Notes: generated by a model from the sequence alone, not told the origin. A stretch of 64,000 nucleotides of DNA from Candidatus Dormiibacterota bacterium (GCA_963697085.1 CAVOMR010000003.1:1282745-1346744), one strand, 5' to 3'. Shown: positions 13,536 through 23,805, counted from the stretch's first letter. Numbers and translations: made by a program.

Positions 13536-15272
13536 GTGCAGCCGGCGCCGCGTCGCTGGCGGGTGAGCGACGCCGAGCCACTGTCCGGGATGCATCCGGT
13601 CGTCGGGCAGGTGCTCGCGGCGAGGGGTCTCGACGCGGCCGCGGCGGCGGCGTTCCTGGCGCAGACCGGCGGCTATCACGACCCCTTCGCACTGCCCGCG
13701 ATGGACGTGGCGGTGGCCACGGTTCTGTCCGCGATCCGCGACCACGTCACGATCGCGATCTACGGTGACTACGATGCGGACGGCGTGACCGCCTGCGCGA
13801 TGCTGACGCGCGCGCTCCGCTCGGCCGGGGCGACGGTGATCCCGTACATCCCCAACCGCATGACCGAGGGATACGGTCTCCATGCCGCCGCCCTCGAGGA
13901 TCTCGCCGCGCAGGGGGCGGGCTGTGTCATCACCGTCGACTGCGGGACCAGCAGCGTCGAAGTCGCACGCGGCCGCCCGGCAGGCATGCGGCTGGTGGTC
14001 ACCGACCACCACCTCGCGCTCGCTCCCGGCGGCACCCCGCCGCAGCTCGCGCCTGCGGATGCGCTCGTCAACCCGAAGCTGCCCGGCTCGACGTACCCGT
14101 TCGACGGGCTCGCCGGGGCGGGCGTCGCGTTCAAGCTCGTCCAGGCGCTCGAATCGGCCGGGGCGGTGCCTGCGGGAAGCGCCGACGCGTCGCTCGGGCT
14201 CGCGGCGCTGGGCACGATCGCCGACATGATGCCGCTGCGCGGTGAGAACCGGGTCATCGTTCGCGACGGATTGCCGCGGATCACCGATCTCCCCGGTCTG
14301 CGCGCGCTCTGCGAGGCAGCCGGGACGGCGATTCCACCGCACGCCACGGACATCGCGTTCGCGGTTGGTCCGCGCATCAACGCAGCGGGGCGGATGGAGG
14401 ATGCTCGCCTCGCGCTCGAACTCTGCCTGTCGGATGACCCCGAGGAATCGGAGCGGCTCGCCGCCGACCTGGACACCCAGAACCGCTTGCGCCAGCAGGC
14501 GGTCGCGACGGCGCTCGGGCAGGCCGAGGAGCGGGTTGCCGCCATCGCCGACGACGCCCCGGCGATCGTCCTCGGAGACCCGGACTGGCCGATGGGAATC
14601 GTCGGCCTCGTTGCCGGGAGGCTCGCGGAGCGCTACGCCCGTCCGACCTTCATCGTCTGCCTGGATCCCGCCGAGGCCAAGGGATCCGCGCGAACGGCGG
14701 GCGACGTCCACATCGTCCGGGCGCTCGACGGCGCAGCGCCGGCGCTGCTCCGGTACGGCGGGCACGCCGCTGCCGCAGGCTTCAGCCTCGATGCGTCCCG
14801 CTTCGACGAATTCCGCGACCTCATCAACGCCTCGGTGGGCGAGCAGAACGCCGGCCTCGAGCGCCGGCGCGACTTCCCGATCGATTGCGAGATCACCGGC
14901 ATCGATGTGACGCCCGAGCTCTGCAACGCGCTCGATCAGCTGGAACCCTGCGGTCAGGGCAACCCGGCGCCGCTCCTCTCGGTCCGCGGCGCTCGCGTGC
15001 TCGGGACGTCCACGTTCGGCTCGAACGGGCAGCACATCAGGGTCGCCCTCGCGACCGGCGACGGCATCGTCGAGGCGATCGCCTTCAACAAGCCGGGTCT
15101 TGCCGACCATCTGCCGCGCGGACGGATCGTCGACGCCTGCTTCGGGCTCGACCTGGACAGCTTCCAGGGATTGCTCCGAGTCCGAGCGCGACTGCGCGAT
15201 CTGCGTCCGGCGCGGGAGCTCGCGCTCAGCGGCCGGCCCGCGGCGGCCGTGGTCGGAGCGCCGCCAGCCTAG
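13536..15272 (+). CDS. recJ: Single-stranded-DNA-specific exonuclease RecJ
   Basis: DHH-family motifs IAIYGDYDADGVTA, VITVDCG and VVTDHH, plus a DHHA1-like GGHAAAAGF. Confidence 0.85.
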   Translation: MQPAPRRWRVSDAEPLSGMHPVVGQVLAARGLDAAAAAAFLAQTGGYHDPFALPAMDVAVATVLSAIRDHVTIAIYGDYDADGVTACAMLTRALRSAGATVIPYIPNRMTEGYGLHAAALEDLAAQGAGCVITVDCGTSSVEVARGRPAGMRLVVTDHHLALAPGGTPPQLAPADALVNPKLPGSTYPFDGLAGAGVAFKLVQALESAGAVPAGSADASLGLAALGTIADMMPLRGENRVIVRDGLPRITDLPGLRALCEAAGTAIPPHATDIAFAVGPRINAAGRMEDARLALELCLSDDPEESERLAADLDTQNRLRQQAVATALGQAEERVAAIADDAPAIVLGDPDWPMGIVGLVAGRLAERYARPTFIVCLDPAEAKGSARTAGDVHIVRALDGAAPALLRYGGHAAAAGFSLDASRFDEFRDLINASVGEQNAGLERRRDFPIDCEITGIDVTPELCNALDQLEPCGQGNPAPLLSVRGARVLGTSTFGSNGQHIRVALATGDGIVEAIAFNKPGLADHLPRGRIVDACFGLDLDSFQGLLRVRARLRDLRPARELALSGRPAAAVVGAPPA

Positions 15273-15898
15273 GTGTAGCGTCCGCTGAGCGTCGACACTC
15301 CCTCGCCGGTGAGGTCCGACAGCCCGGCCTTGCGACCGGTGAGCGCGAGGATGATCGCTCCCAGCGGGCCCTGCACCTCGGGACCGTCGCCACGGGTCCA
15401 CTCGACGTCGCTGGCCACGAGCTTGAGCCCGGTCGCCCGGCGCTTGCCGCCGAGGAGGGCGTTGCTCCTGATCGTGAAGTCGGCAACCAGGGTCAGCATC
15501 TCGGGCTGAAAGGTGTGCGCGATCCGCAGCGGCCAGCGGATGTCCTGACTGTGGATGACCATGTCGCCTGCCATCACCTCCGCTGCGGGACCGGGCGGGT
15601 GCGTCTTCGCGTCGAGCTGCGAGCGGAACCCGGCAAGCGTGTCGGCAGCGGACTCGCCGAGCTGCGCCCTCACACCCGACTGGGTCATCGCGTTGAAGCG
15701 GAACCCGCTCGCGATGAAGTGTCCGACGAAGCCCGGCGTCGTCATCTTCGCGGTGGCCGTCATGTGCGCCAGCACCTCACGGACCGTCCACGCGGCGCAG
15801 AGCGACTGCGTGGACCACTGCGCCTCGGGCAGGCTCTCGAGGTCGGCGATGAGCGCGGCGCGTTCCGCTCTGATGAGCGGCCACTGGTTGGCAGACAC
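15269..15898 (-). CDS. Maleylpyruvate isomerase-family / mycothiol-dependent DinB-superfamily protein (TIGR03083-like)
   Basis: N-terminus WPLIRAERAALIADLESLPEAQWSTQSLCAAWTVREVLAHM is typical of this family. Confidence 0.7.
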   Translation of the reverse strand: MSANQWPLIRAERAALIADLESLPEAQWSTQSLCAAWTVREVLAHMTATAKMTTPGFVGHFIASGFRFNAMTQSGVRAQLGESAADTLAGFRSQLDAKTHPPGPAAEVMAGDMVIHSQDIRWPLRIAHTFQPEMLTLVADFTIRSNALLGGKRRATGLKLVASDVEWTRGDGPEVQGPLGAIILALTGRKAGLSDLTGEGVSTLSGRYT

Positions 15899-16074
15899 GT
15901 CGCACCTCCGTGTTGGATATGGCTTCGACGGTAGCAGCGCGGCCGAAACGAGCCTCCCGCCCCGTTACAACTTCGAACTTGCCTGCGCCGACCCCCGGTG
16001 CTAGCGTCGATGTGCGAGCTCCCGCGATCGATGAGCTCGGTGAGCGTTCTCAAGGCGCCCCCTGGAGGTACCTC

Positions 16075-17550
16075 ATGCTCGAGGAGGTCGGGATTCCTCG
16101 ACTGGTGGTCGGCGGGCTCGGTTCGGGTTCCGGGAAGACCTCGATCAGCCTCGGCCTCACCGCTGCACTGCGCGCCCGCGGTCGCACGGTGCAGACGTTC
16201 AAGGTCGGCGCCGACTTCATCGACACCGCGTATCTCGCGCACGCGAGCCGCAGGCCGTGTCGCAACCTCGATTCCTGGCTGCTCGGCGGCGACGGCGTTC
16301 GGCGCTCGCTCGCGCACGGCTCACTCGGAGCGGACCGGGTGATCGTCGAAGGCGCGATGGGCCTGCTCGACGGCCATGGAATGCCGTCCGACGTGGCGTC
16401 CGGGACGCCGGAGTTCCCGGGGAGCACGCTCGAAGTCGCCCGCCTCATCGCGGCGCCGGTCGTGCTCGTCATCGACGCGTGGGCGATGGGCGAGACGTCG
16501 GCCGCGGCGGTGCTCGGCATCAAACAGCTGGACCGATCCGGAAGCGTTGTCGGCGTCATCCTCAACAACGTCCCCAACGACAACCGGCGTCGCGTCATCG
16601 AGGACTCGATCTGGTCGCTCGCGCGCATGCCGGTCCTCGGCGCACTCCCTCACATTCAGTCGGTGCGCATCCCCGAGCTGCGGTCGGGACTGCTGCCCCT
16701 GCTCCAGAACCCCAACGTCGACGAGGCGATTGCCGAGCTCGGTGACGCCGTCGCGCGCGACTGCGACCTCGACCTCATCGAGCGCCTCATGGGGCGTGCG
16801 CGAATGGTCACCCCGCCCGCGTCGGCCCTGCGTGCGAATCTCCGCAGCGAGGAGCCGGTGCGCATCGGTGTCGCGTTCGATGACGCCTTCTGCTTCTACT
16901 ACCCGGAGAACCTCGAGCTGCTCGAGGATGCGGGCGCGGAGATCGTCACCTTCTCGCCGCTCGAGGACCACGCGCTGCCTCGCGACCTCGGACTCATCTA
17001 CATCGGCGGGGGCATCTCCGAGGCCTTCGTGCCGAAGCTCGCAGCGAACCAGCCCTTCCTCGAGTCGCTCCGCCGTGCGCGCATGCACGGGATCCCCGTC
17101 TACGCCGAGGGCTGTGGTCTGCAGTACTCGGCGCGCACGCTGCGCACGAGTGACGGGGAGACCCATCAGATGGCGGGACTGATCCCGATCGACGTCGCGC
17201 TCGAAGCCGGCACGCTGCACAGCGGCTACCGCGACCTCACGATGGCGACCGCCTCGATGCTCGGACCCGCGGGGACACGGCTGCGCGGGCATGAGTTCCA
17301 CTTCAGCCGGCTGCTCCCTGGCGGCGACTGCCTGAGCCCCGCATACTCGATGCACGACTGCGACGGTGAGCCGCTCGGCTGCGAGGGCTGGACCGGTCCG
17401 CTGCTCCTGGCGTCGTTCATCCACCTCCACTTCGGCCAGCAGCAGGAGCTCGCCGACCGGCTCGTCGCCGCGGCGCGCGCGTCGATCGCGACGCGCCGCG
17501 AGGACACGGCGCTCACGGGTCGCGGGACCCGATTCACCGCCCCGGTGTAG
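16075..17550 (+). CDS. cobB: Cobyrinate a,c-diamide synthase (CobB/CbiA)
   Basis: P-loop GGLGSGSGKTSISLGL, FKVGADFID, and a C-terminal glutamine amidotransferase-like domain. The ATG at 16075 follows a GGAGG SD, so the longer ORF start at 15910 is rejected. Confidence 0.85.
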   Translation: MLEEVGIPRLVVGGLGSGSGKTSISLGLTAALRARGRTVQTFKVGADFIDTAYLAHASRRPCRNLDSWLLGGDGVRRSLAHGSLGADRVIVEGAMGLLDGHGMPSDVASGTPEFPGSTLEVARLIAAPVVLVIDAWAMGETSAAAVLGIKQLDRSGSVVGVILNNVPNDNRRRVIEDSIWSLARMPVLGALPHIQSVRIPELRSGLLPLLQNPNVDEAIAELGDAVARDCDLDLIERLMGRARMVTPPASALRANLRSEEPVRIGVAFDDAFCFYYPENLELLEDAGAEIVTFSPLEDHALPRDLGLIYIGGGISEAFVPKLAANQPFLESLRRARMHGIPVYAEGCGLQYSARTLRTSDGETHQMAGLIPIDVALEAGTLHSGYRDLTMATASMLGPAGTRLRGHEFHFSRLLPGGDCLSPAYSMHDCDGEPLGCEGWTGPLLLASFIHLHFGQQQELADRLVAAARASIATRREDTALTGRGTRFTAPV

Positions 17551-17562
17551 GCTTGGGACGCG

Positions 17563-18963
17563 ATGTCCCAGGCCCCAGCCACGATCGGTGAGTTGCGTCG
17601 CGCGGAGTACCGCGTGCTACCGGTGCGCACCGAGCTGCGCCGCAACCTCATCCGCAAGCTGAGCAACCACGAGGAGCTCTTCGGCGGCATCCGTGGCTAC
17701 GACGAGTCGGTCATCCCGCAGATCGAGAACGCGATCCTCGCGGGCCAGGACATGGTGCTGCTCGGCGAGCGTGGCCAGGCCAAGTCCCGCCTCATCCGCT
17801 CGCTGACCACGCTGCTCGACGACGCGGTTCCGGCGATCGCGGGCTGCGAGATCAACGACGACCCGTACGCGCCGATCTGCCGCCGCTGCCGCGACCTCGT
17901 CGCCGAGCACGGTGACGCGACGGAGCTGGCGTGGCTGACTCCCGACCAGCGCTACTCGGAGAAGCTCGCGACGCCCGACACGTCGATCGCAGACCTGATC
18001 GGCGAGGTCGACCCCATCCGCGTTGCCGAGGGGCGCTACCTCAGTGACGAGCTGACCATCCACTACGGGCTGATCCCGCGCACCAACCGCGGGATCTTCG
18101 CTGTCAACGAGCTGCCCGACCTCGCCGAGCGCATCCAGGTCGGCCTGCTCAACATCATCGAGGAGCGCGACGTCCAGATCCGCGGCTACCGCCTGCGCAT
18201 GCCGCTCGACGTCTACGTGGTCGCGACTGCGAACCCCGAGGACTACACCAACCGCGGCCGCATCATCACCCCGCTCAAGGACCGGTTCGGCGCGCAGGTG
18301 CGCACCCACTACCCGCGCACCCTCGACGACGAGATCGCCATCGCCGAGCAGGAGCGCATGACCTTCGACGACATGCCGGTGCCGGTGATCGTTCCCGCGT
18401 TCATGCAGGAGATCGTCGCCGAGCTCTCGCATGTCGCCCGCAGGCACCCGCAGGTGAACCAGCGCAGCGGCGTGTCGGTTCGGCTCACCACGGCCAACTA
18501 CGAGAACCTTGCGGCGGGAGCGCTGCGCCGCGCGCTCCGCACCGGCGAGCGTGAGGCGGTTGCCCGGATCAGCGATCTTCCCGCGCTCACGTCGTCGACG
18601 TCGGGAAAGATCGAGCTCGAGACCTGGGAGGACGGTGACGACGGGGCGGTGCTCGAGAAGCTGATGCGCACCGCGTGCAACAACGTCTTCCGGCGCCACT
18701 TCACGGTGCAGGAGTTCGGCGACCTCGTGCAGCGCTTCGACCGCGGCGGGTTCACCGTCGAGGTTGGCGACCAGCACCCGATCTCGCACTACTCCCAGGC
18801 GCTCACCGAGCTTCCCGGCGTCGAGAAGGCGCGCCAGCGTCTCGGCGAACCGGACAGCGATGCGATGCGCGTCGCGGTGCTCGAGTTCATCCTCGAGGGG
18901 TTGCATCTCGGCAAGCGCCTCAACAAGACCGCTCTCGACGGAAGCGCGGTCTATGGAGGATGA
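17563..18963 (+). CDS. AAA+ ATPase, Mg-chelatase ChlI-like / MoxR-like
   Basis: Walker A LLGERGQAKSRL and a ChlI-like core (NRGIFAVNELPDL, NIIEERDVQIRG). Directly followed by a vWA protein. Confidence 0.75.
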   Translation: MSQAPATIGELRRAEYRVLPVRTELRRNLIRKLSNHEELFGGIRGYDESVIPQIENAILAGQDMVLLGERGQAKSRLIRSLTTLLDDAVPAIAGCEINDDPYAPICRRCRDLVAEHGDATELAWLTPDQRYSEKLATPDTSIADLIGEVDPIRVAEGRYLSDELTIHYGLIPRTNRGIFAVNELPDLAERIQVGLLNIIEERDVQIRGYRLRMPLDVYVVATANPEDYTNRGRIITPLKDRFGAQVRTHYPRTLDDEIAIAEQERMTFDDMPVPVIVPAFMQEIVAELSHVARRHPQVNQRSGVSVRLTTANYENLAAGALRRALRTGEREAVARISDLPALTSSTSGKIELETWEDGDDGAVLEKLMRTACNNVFRRHFTVQEFGDLVQRFDRGGFTVEVGDQHPISHYSQALTELPGVEKARQRLGEPDSDAMRVAVLEFILEGLHLGKRLNKTALDGSAVYGG

Positions 18964-21108
18964 ACCGCTCGTCGAGCGGCCACTCGTCGAGCTGAGGCGG
19001 AGCGCGCGTCAGCATCGCTTCAGTGGCTGGGACGGCACGCAGGATCCGCTCGGTGACGAGGCCGACGCGCTCTTCGACCGCCTGAGCGAGGACGTCTACC
19101 ACGGCTGGGATTTCGAGACGGCGCTGCGCCGGCTCCTGAGTCAGGGATGGCGCGACCGCGATGGGAAGAAGTTCGCGGGGCTCGAGGAGTTGATGGAGCG
19201 GCTGCGCAAGCAGCGTCAGAAGCAGCTCGAGCGCTACAGCCTCGACAACGTCTTCAAGGACATCGAGGAGAAGCTCGACAACGTGCTCCGGCTCGAGCGC
19301 CAGGGCATCGACGAGCGCCTCAAGAACGCCACCGACGAGCGTGCGCAGCGAATTCTCGAGCGCGTCGCGAGCAAGCGGCGCGAGCATCTCGACAACCTGC
19401 CCCAGGAACCGGGTGGTGTCATCCGTGAGCTGCAGGGCTACGAGTTCATGGACCAGCGCGCGGAGCAGGCGTTCCAGAAGCTGCTCGAGGAGATCAAGCA
19501 GAACGTCGTCAACACGTACTTCAAGCAGATGTCCGAGCAGATGGGCCAGATGTCGAAGCAGGACGTCGCAGCCCTGCGCGAGATGGCCCGCGACCTCAAC
19601 TCGCTCGTGCGCCAGAAGCTCGAGGGCGTCCCCGAGGCGCAGCTGCAGCACAACTACGAGGATTTTCTGAAGAAGTGGGGCGCGATGTTCCCGGATGCGC
19701 CGGCGACCTTCGACGAGTTCCTCGCGCAGCTCGCCGCGCAGATGGCGCGCATGGACTCACTGATGCAGTCGCTCTCTCCGGAGATGCGCCATCAGCTCGA
19801 GGAGATGGTGTCCGCGACATTCGGCGACCCCGATCTGCAGGCACAGCTCGCCGAGTTGATGGGTGGGTTGGAGCTGCTCTCCGATCGCCGCCATCTCGGT
19901 CAGCGCTATGGCTTCTTCGGGAACGAGCAACTCCCCTTCGATGAGGCGATGGGTGTGATGGACCGCCTCCAGTCGATCGAGGAGCTCGAGCGCGGGCTCC
20001 GCGGCATGTACCGCGGTGATCCGCTCGACGCCGCGACCGAGGAGGCGCTGCGCGATGTGCTCGGTGAGAACGCGGCGCGCGATCTCTCACGTCTGCAGCG
20101 CATGACCGAGGAGCTCGAACAACGCGGATTGGTCGAGCGCGACGGTGAGGGTATGAAGCTCACCGCGCGTGGACTCCGACGCATCGGACAGAAGGCCCTC
20201 GGAGACCTCTTCGCGCGGCTGCGTCGCGATCGCTTCGGTGATCACCCCATCGCTCGACATGGACAGGGCGGAGAGCGCGAAGAGGACACGAAGCCGTATG
20301 AGTTTGGGGACGTGTTCGACCTGGACGTTCGGGAGACGCTCATGAACGCGGTACGCCGCGACGCGGACTCGTCGGTGCTCGCGACGGACGGGGGGACGTC
20401 GGCTCCGGCAACTCCCCTGGCTATGTCGCCTCCGCCGACGTCCCCCCGTCCCACGTCCGCATCTAGACCGCGGCGCTCTGTTCCTCGACTCTCGCCGGAC
20501 GACTTCGTGGTGCATCGCTCGGATACGCTCACGCGGTCGGCCACGGTCCTCATGCTGGACATGAGTTCGATCGATGCCACTCCGTGGCTATTTCTATGCG
20601 GCGAAGAAGGTTGCGCTGGCGCTGGATTCGCTAATACGCAGTGCTTATCCGCGGGATACGTTGCACATCATTGGATTCAGTGACCTGGCACGTGAGATCA
20701 AGCCTGCTGCCCTGCCGCATCTCTCGGTCAATGAATATGTGTACGGGACCAACATGCAGCACGGGTTGATGCTGGCGCGACGGCTGCTTGCCCGGGATCC
20801 CGGTGAGAACAAGCAGATCATCATCGTCAGTGACGGCGAGCCGACGGCGCATATCGAGAATGGAAGGCCGGTGTTCTTCTATCCGCCGCTGCCGGAGACG
20901 TTTCACAAGACCCTGCTCGAGGTGAAGCGCTGCACGCGCGAGAACATCGTGATCAACACGTTCATGCTCGAGTTCGAACCATCACCTCGTGCAGTTCGTG
21001 AACCAGATGACACGCCTCAACCGGGGGCGCGCGTTCTTCATCAGCCCAGACCGGCTTGGGGACTACGTGCTCGTCGATTACGTGAGCTCGAAGCGAGGAG
21101 CGGCATAA
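18953..21108 (+). pseudogene. vWA domain protein with a long coiled-coil N-terminal region, broken by two single-base insertions (about 20563-20575 and 20970-20980)
   Basis: Frame 2 reads to ...ATVLMLDMSS. Frame 0 continues MPLRGYFYAAKKVALALDSLIRSAYPRDTLHIIGFSD...DGEPTAH...INTFMLEFE. Frame 1 finishes HHLVQFVNQMTRLNRGRAFFISPDRLGDYVLVDYVSSKRGAA* at 21108. Removing one base at the first site restores a DxSxS MIDAS motif (DMSSSM). Confidence 0.7.
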
Positions 21109-21112
21109 GGGC

Positions 21113-21847
21113 GTGGACTTCCCGCGTTACCTCGATCACATCCGCGACGACGGTGATCTGGTTGCCGCAACCGCGCCGCGCGGCCTGCATCTTCCGATCC
21201 CCGCCTGTCCTGGATGGGATGTCAGCGAGGTCGTCGCGCATCTTGCGGACGTGTACGACCACAAGGTGACGGCGATGCGTCTCGGGCGGCGCCCTGTGGC
21301 CGGTGAGTGGATCACCGATGAGCCGTTTGGCAAGAGCACGGTCGAGTGGTTCGAGGATGAGCACGCGAAGTTGCTCGCCGAGCTCGAGGCGCACCAGCCG
21401 AAGGATCCAGCGTGGTCGTGGTGGCCGCCCGACCAGACCGTCGGGTTCTGGTACCGGCGGATGGCATTGGAGACCGTCGTCCATCGCGTTGACGTCGAGG
21501 CGCAGTTCGGGCCTCCGAGCGCCATCGACGAGGATCTTGCGATCGATGGCATCGACGAGGTGCTCACGCTCATGCTCGGTGGCGAGGACGAGGCAGCCGT
21601 CGAGGCGCCGGGCACCGGGACCGTCGAGGTCAGAGCGGGTGACTCAGCGTGGTCGATCAGGCTCGAGGATGCGCGAACGGTCGTCGAGAGCGGACGGCGT
21701 TCGTCGTCCGATGCGGTGCTGTCGGGCGACCCGGCCACGCTCTTCCTGTATCTCTGGGGCCGCGCCCCGCTGGACACGCTGACCCGGAGCGGTGACGAGT
21801 CGAAGATAGCGCTGATGCGAGCGCGGCTCGCCCTGGCGACGCAGTAG
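21113..21847 (+). CDS. Maleylpyruvate isomerase-family mycothiol-dependent enzyme (TIGR03083-like, DinB superfamily)
   Basis: GTG start. N-terminal CPGWDVSEVVAHLADVYDHK metal-binding-type helix and a C-terminal SCP2-like region. Confidence 0.7.
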   Translation: MDFPRYLDHIRDDGDLVAATAPRGLHLPIPACPGWDVSEVVAHLADVYDHKVTAMRLGRRPVAGEWITDEPFGKSTVEWFEDEHAKLLAELEAHQPKDPAWSWWPPDQTVGFWYRRMALETVVHRVDVEAQFGPPSAIDEDLAIDGIDEVLTLMLGGEDEAAVEAPGTGTVEVRAGDSAWSIRLEDARTVVESGRRSSSDAVLSGDPATLFLYLWGRAPLDTLTRSGDESKIALMRARLALATQ

Positions 21848-21851
21848 GGAC

Positions 21852-22682
21852 ATGGACCGGGGGGCGTTCGCCGAGCGGATCCGGCTCCAGCTCACCGCGC
21901 GGTATCACGACGCGCACGTCGAGGTGGACATCGCGCGGTTCGCGTTGCATGTGACCGGTTCGGGTCTCGACCTCACGCTGCCACTTGCGCCGCTCTACCA
22001 CTCGGTCGAGCGCCATCCCGACAGCACTCCGGCGCTCATCGCGGAGTACGTCGCCTCGGTCGAACACCAGCTGACGCCGCAGCCCGCGATGATGCTCGCC
22101 ACGTCGCGGTTGCTGTGGTGCGTGCGCAACGACCGCTCGCTCGCGAAGCTCTCGCGCGCAAACGATCTGCTGCGTGTGCGAGTCGGCGCGGGCATGAGCG
22201 CGTTCGCCGCCGAGGAGTTGCCCGGATCCATCATGCGGGGCGTCCCGCGCGAGGAGTGGACGTCAGCCGGTCTCACCGACGATGACGTGCAGCGCGCGAC
22301 GACCGCCAACACCGCCGAGCGCTTCGCCCCGCTCGCCGGACGGATCGCGCAGACCGACCGCATTCCCAACGACGGATGGCGGGTCGCGTCCGAACCGCTC
22401 TTTCAGGGCAGCCTGCTGATGGCTCCGGCGGTGCTCGAGGCGTTCGCGACCCGCGCCGGGGGTGACGTGCTCCTCGGCGTGCCCGACCGCAGCGTCGTGC
22501 TCGCACTCCCGGCGGCACTACCGGCCGGCGAGCGATTCGAGCGCCGCGTGGTGCACGAATGGCGCAACGCGATGAACCCGTGCTCGCGGGAATTGCTGAT
22601 CACCGACGGGCGGTCCCTGCGCTCGGTCTCGCGCAGGACGCGGCTGTCAGGCCCGGTGGTTCTTCCCTGGCTGGCGGAGTAG
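21852..22682 (+). CDS. Hypothetical protein (weakly DUF1444-like)
   Basis: 276-aa ORF with good third-position G+C. No recognisable catalytic motif. Confidence 0.5.
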   Translation: MDRGAFAERIRLQLTARYHDAHVEVDIARFALHVTGSGLDLTLPLAPLYHSVERHPDSTPALIAEYVASVEHQLTPQPAMMLATSRLLWCVRNDRSLAKLSRANDLLRVRVGAGMSAFAAEELPGSIMRGVPREEWTSAGLTDDDVQRATTANTAERFAPLAGRIAQTDRIPNDGWRVASEPLFQGSLLMAPAVLEAFATRAGGDVLLGVPDRSVVLALPAALPAGERFERRVVHEWRNAMNPCSRELLITDGRSLRSVSRRTRLSGPVVLPWLAE

Positions 22683-23039
22683 GAGCGGCGTTCCACCCTC
22701 GAGCCGCGTCGCCTCCTGGCGGGCGACGATCGCACCCGCGGCGCCGATCGCCATCGCGGCGGCGAATCCGACGAGCGTCCGCACGGCGGTGCGTGTCGCC
22801 TGGTTTCTGCCTCGCGTGGTGACCCCGGGGAGGCCCGGGCCCTCGCCGAACCAGAGGGTGAGCGCCGTCTGATCCGCGACGACGTCACCACCCGATCGGA
22901 CGTGGCTTCGCTCGATGCGCATCGCGGCCGGTCGCGGACCGCGCCAGCGTCGCGAGTCGAGCAGTCCGGGCGCCGCGCGGAGCGCGCTGCTGCCGGCGAT
23001 CGCACGAACCACTGCCACGGCACGCTCCGACGTCGCCAT
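22647..23039 (-). CDS. Hypothetical small protein with a C-terminal hydrophobic segment
   Basis: In-frame ATG at 23039 and acceptable GC3. TM-like VGFAAAMAIGAAGAIVA. No family recognised. Its 3' end overlaps the convergent gene. Confidence 0.3.
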   Translation of the reverse strand: MATSERAVAVVRAIAGSSALRAAPGLLDSRRWRGPRPAAMRIERSHVRSGGDVVADQTALTLWFGEGPGLPGVTTRGRNQATRTAVRTLVGFAAAMAIGAAGAIVARQEATRLEGGTPLLLRQPGKNHRA

Positions 23040-23064
23040 GGCTCGAAAGGATAGCGTTCTGTCG

Positions 23065-23805
23065 ATGGCGCTGATCGACGACCTGCCCGGCCGGATCGAG
23101 GCGAGCTTCATCGGCGCCCTGGCGGGTGAGCACGCGGCGGGCACGGCCGCTGGAACCGCCGACTTCGTCGGTGTCGCCGAATCGGCGGCGGCCTGCGGCG
23201 GCTTCGACGACGCCGATCTCCGCCAGCGTGGGCTCGAGCGACCATCGCGCGCCGGCGCAGCGGGCCTCCTGCTCCGGGCGCTGCCCTTCGGGCTGCTCAG
23301 CCCGCTCGATCGCCCGCGCCTGCGGCGCGACGCCTATCGGTGTGTCGCGATGGCCGGCGCCGACGAGGGCACAGCGGTCACCGCGGTCGCGGCGGCGCTG
23401 CTCATCGCGGATCTGCTCCGCTTCGACCTGGACACCGCGCTCGTCCGGGTCCGCCAGTCGCTGCTCGAGGATGCGCCGATGGCGTTGCTCGAACGGCTGC
23501 GCGTGGTCGAGGCGGGTCCGCCGATGGACGTCTCGGATCCCGACCCGGGCCTGACGCTGCAGCGCGCGATCTGCGCGCTCGCCACTGCGAATCCGTTCGA
23601 CGACGTGCTCGCGGCTGCCGCGGACGGCACGGCCGTCGCGGCGAGCCTTGCGGGGGCCCTCGTGGGCGCGCGGGACGGCGAGCGCGCAGTTGCCGGCGTG
23701 GACCGCGACCACCTCCCCCACGCGGACCGCGCGCTCGGCGTCGCGCACCGGCTCGCGGACGTCGCGGTCGCCGCCCTCCCCGCTCCGGCGGCGCCGAACG
23801 GCTGA
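23065..23805 (+). CDS. ADP-ribosylglycohydrolase-family-like protein, apparently degenerate in the metal-binding motifs
   Basis: Start MALIDDLPGRIEASFIGALAGE... has an ARH-like layout. The GDAxG-type position reads GEHAAG and the DTDT-type position reads ADGTAV. High GC3. The opposite-strand 287-aa ORF is an Arg-rich shadow. Confidence 0.5.
   Translation: MALIDDLPGRIEASFIGALAGEHAAGTAAGTADFVGVAESAAACGGFDDADLRQRGLERPSRAGAAGLLLRALPFGLLSPLDRPRLRRDAYRCVAMAGADEGTAVTAVAAALLIADLLRFDLDTALVRVRQSLLEDAPMALLERLRVVEAGPPMDVSDPDPGLTLQRAICALATANPFDDVLAAAADGTAVAASLAGALVGARDGERAVAGVDRDHLPHADRALGVAHRLADVAVAALPAPAAPNG

Noticed and set aside
15899-16074. Possible cobalamin riboswitch upstream of cobB.
   Set aside because: I could not find the B12-box (GCCACTG-type) or the conserved GGTG...GGGAA core by eye. 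The region is short and also has to hold divergent promoters. It would need a cmsearch run to exclude the possibility fully.
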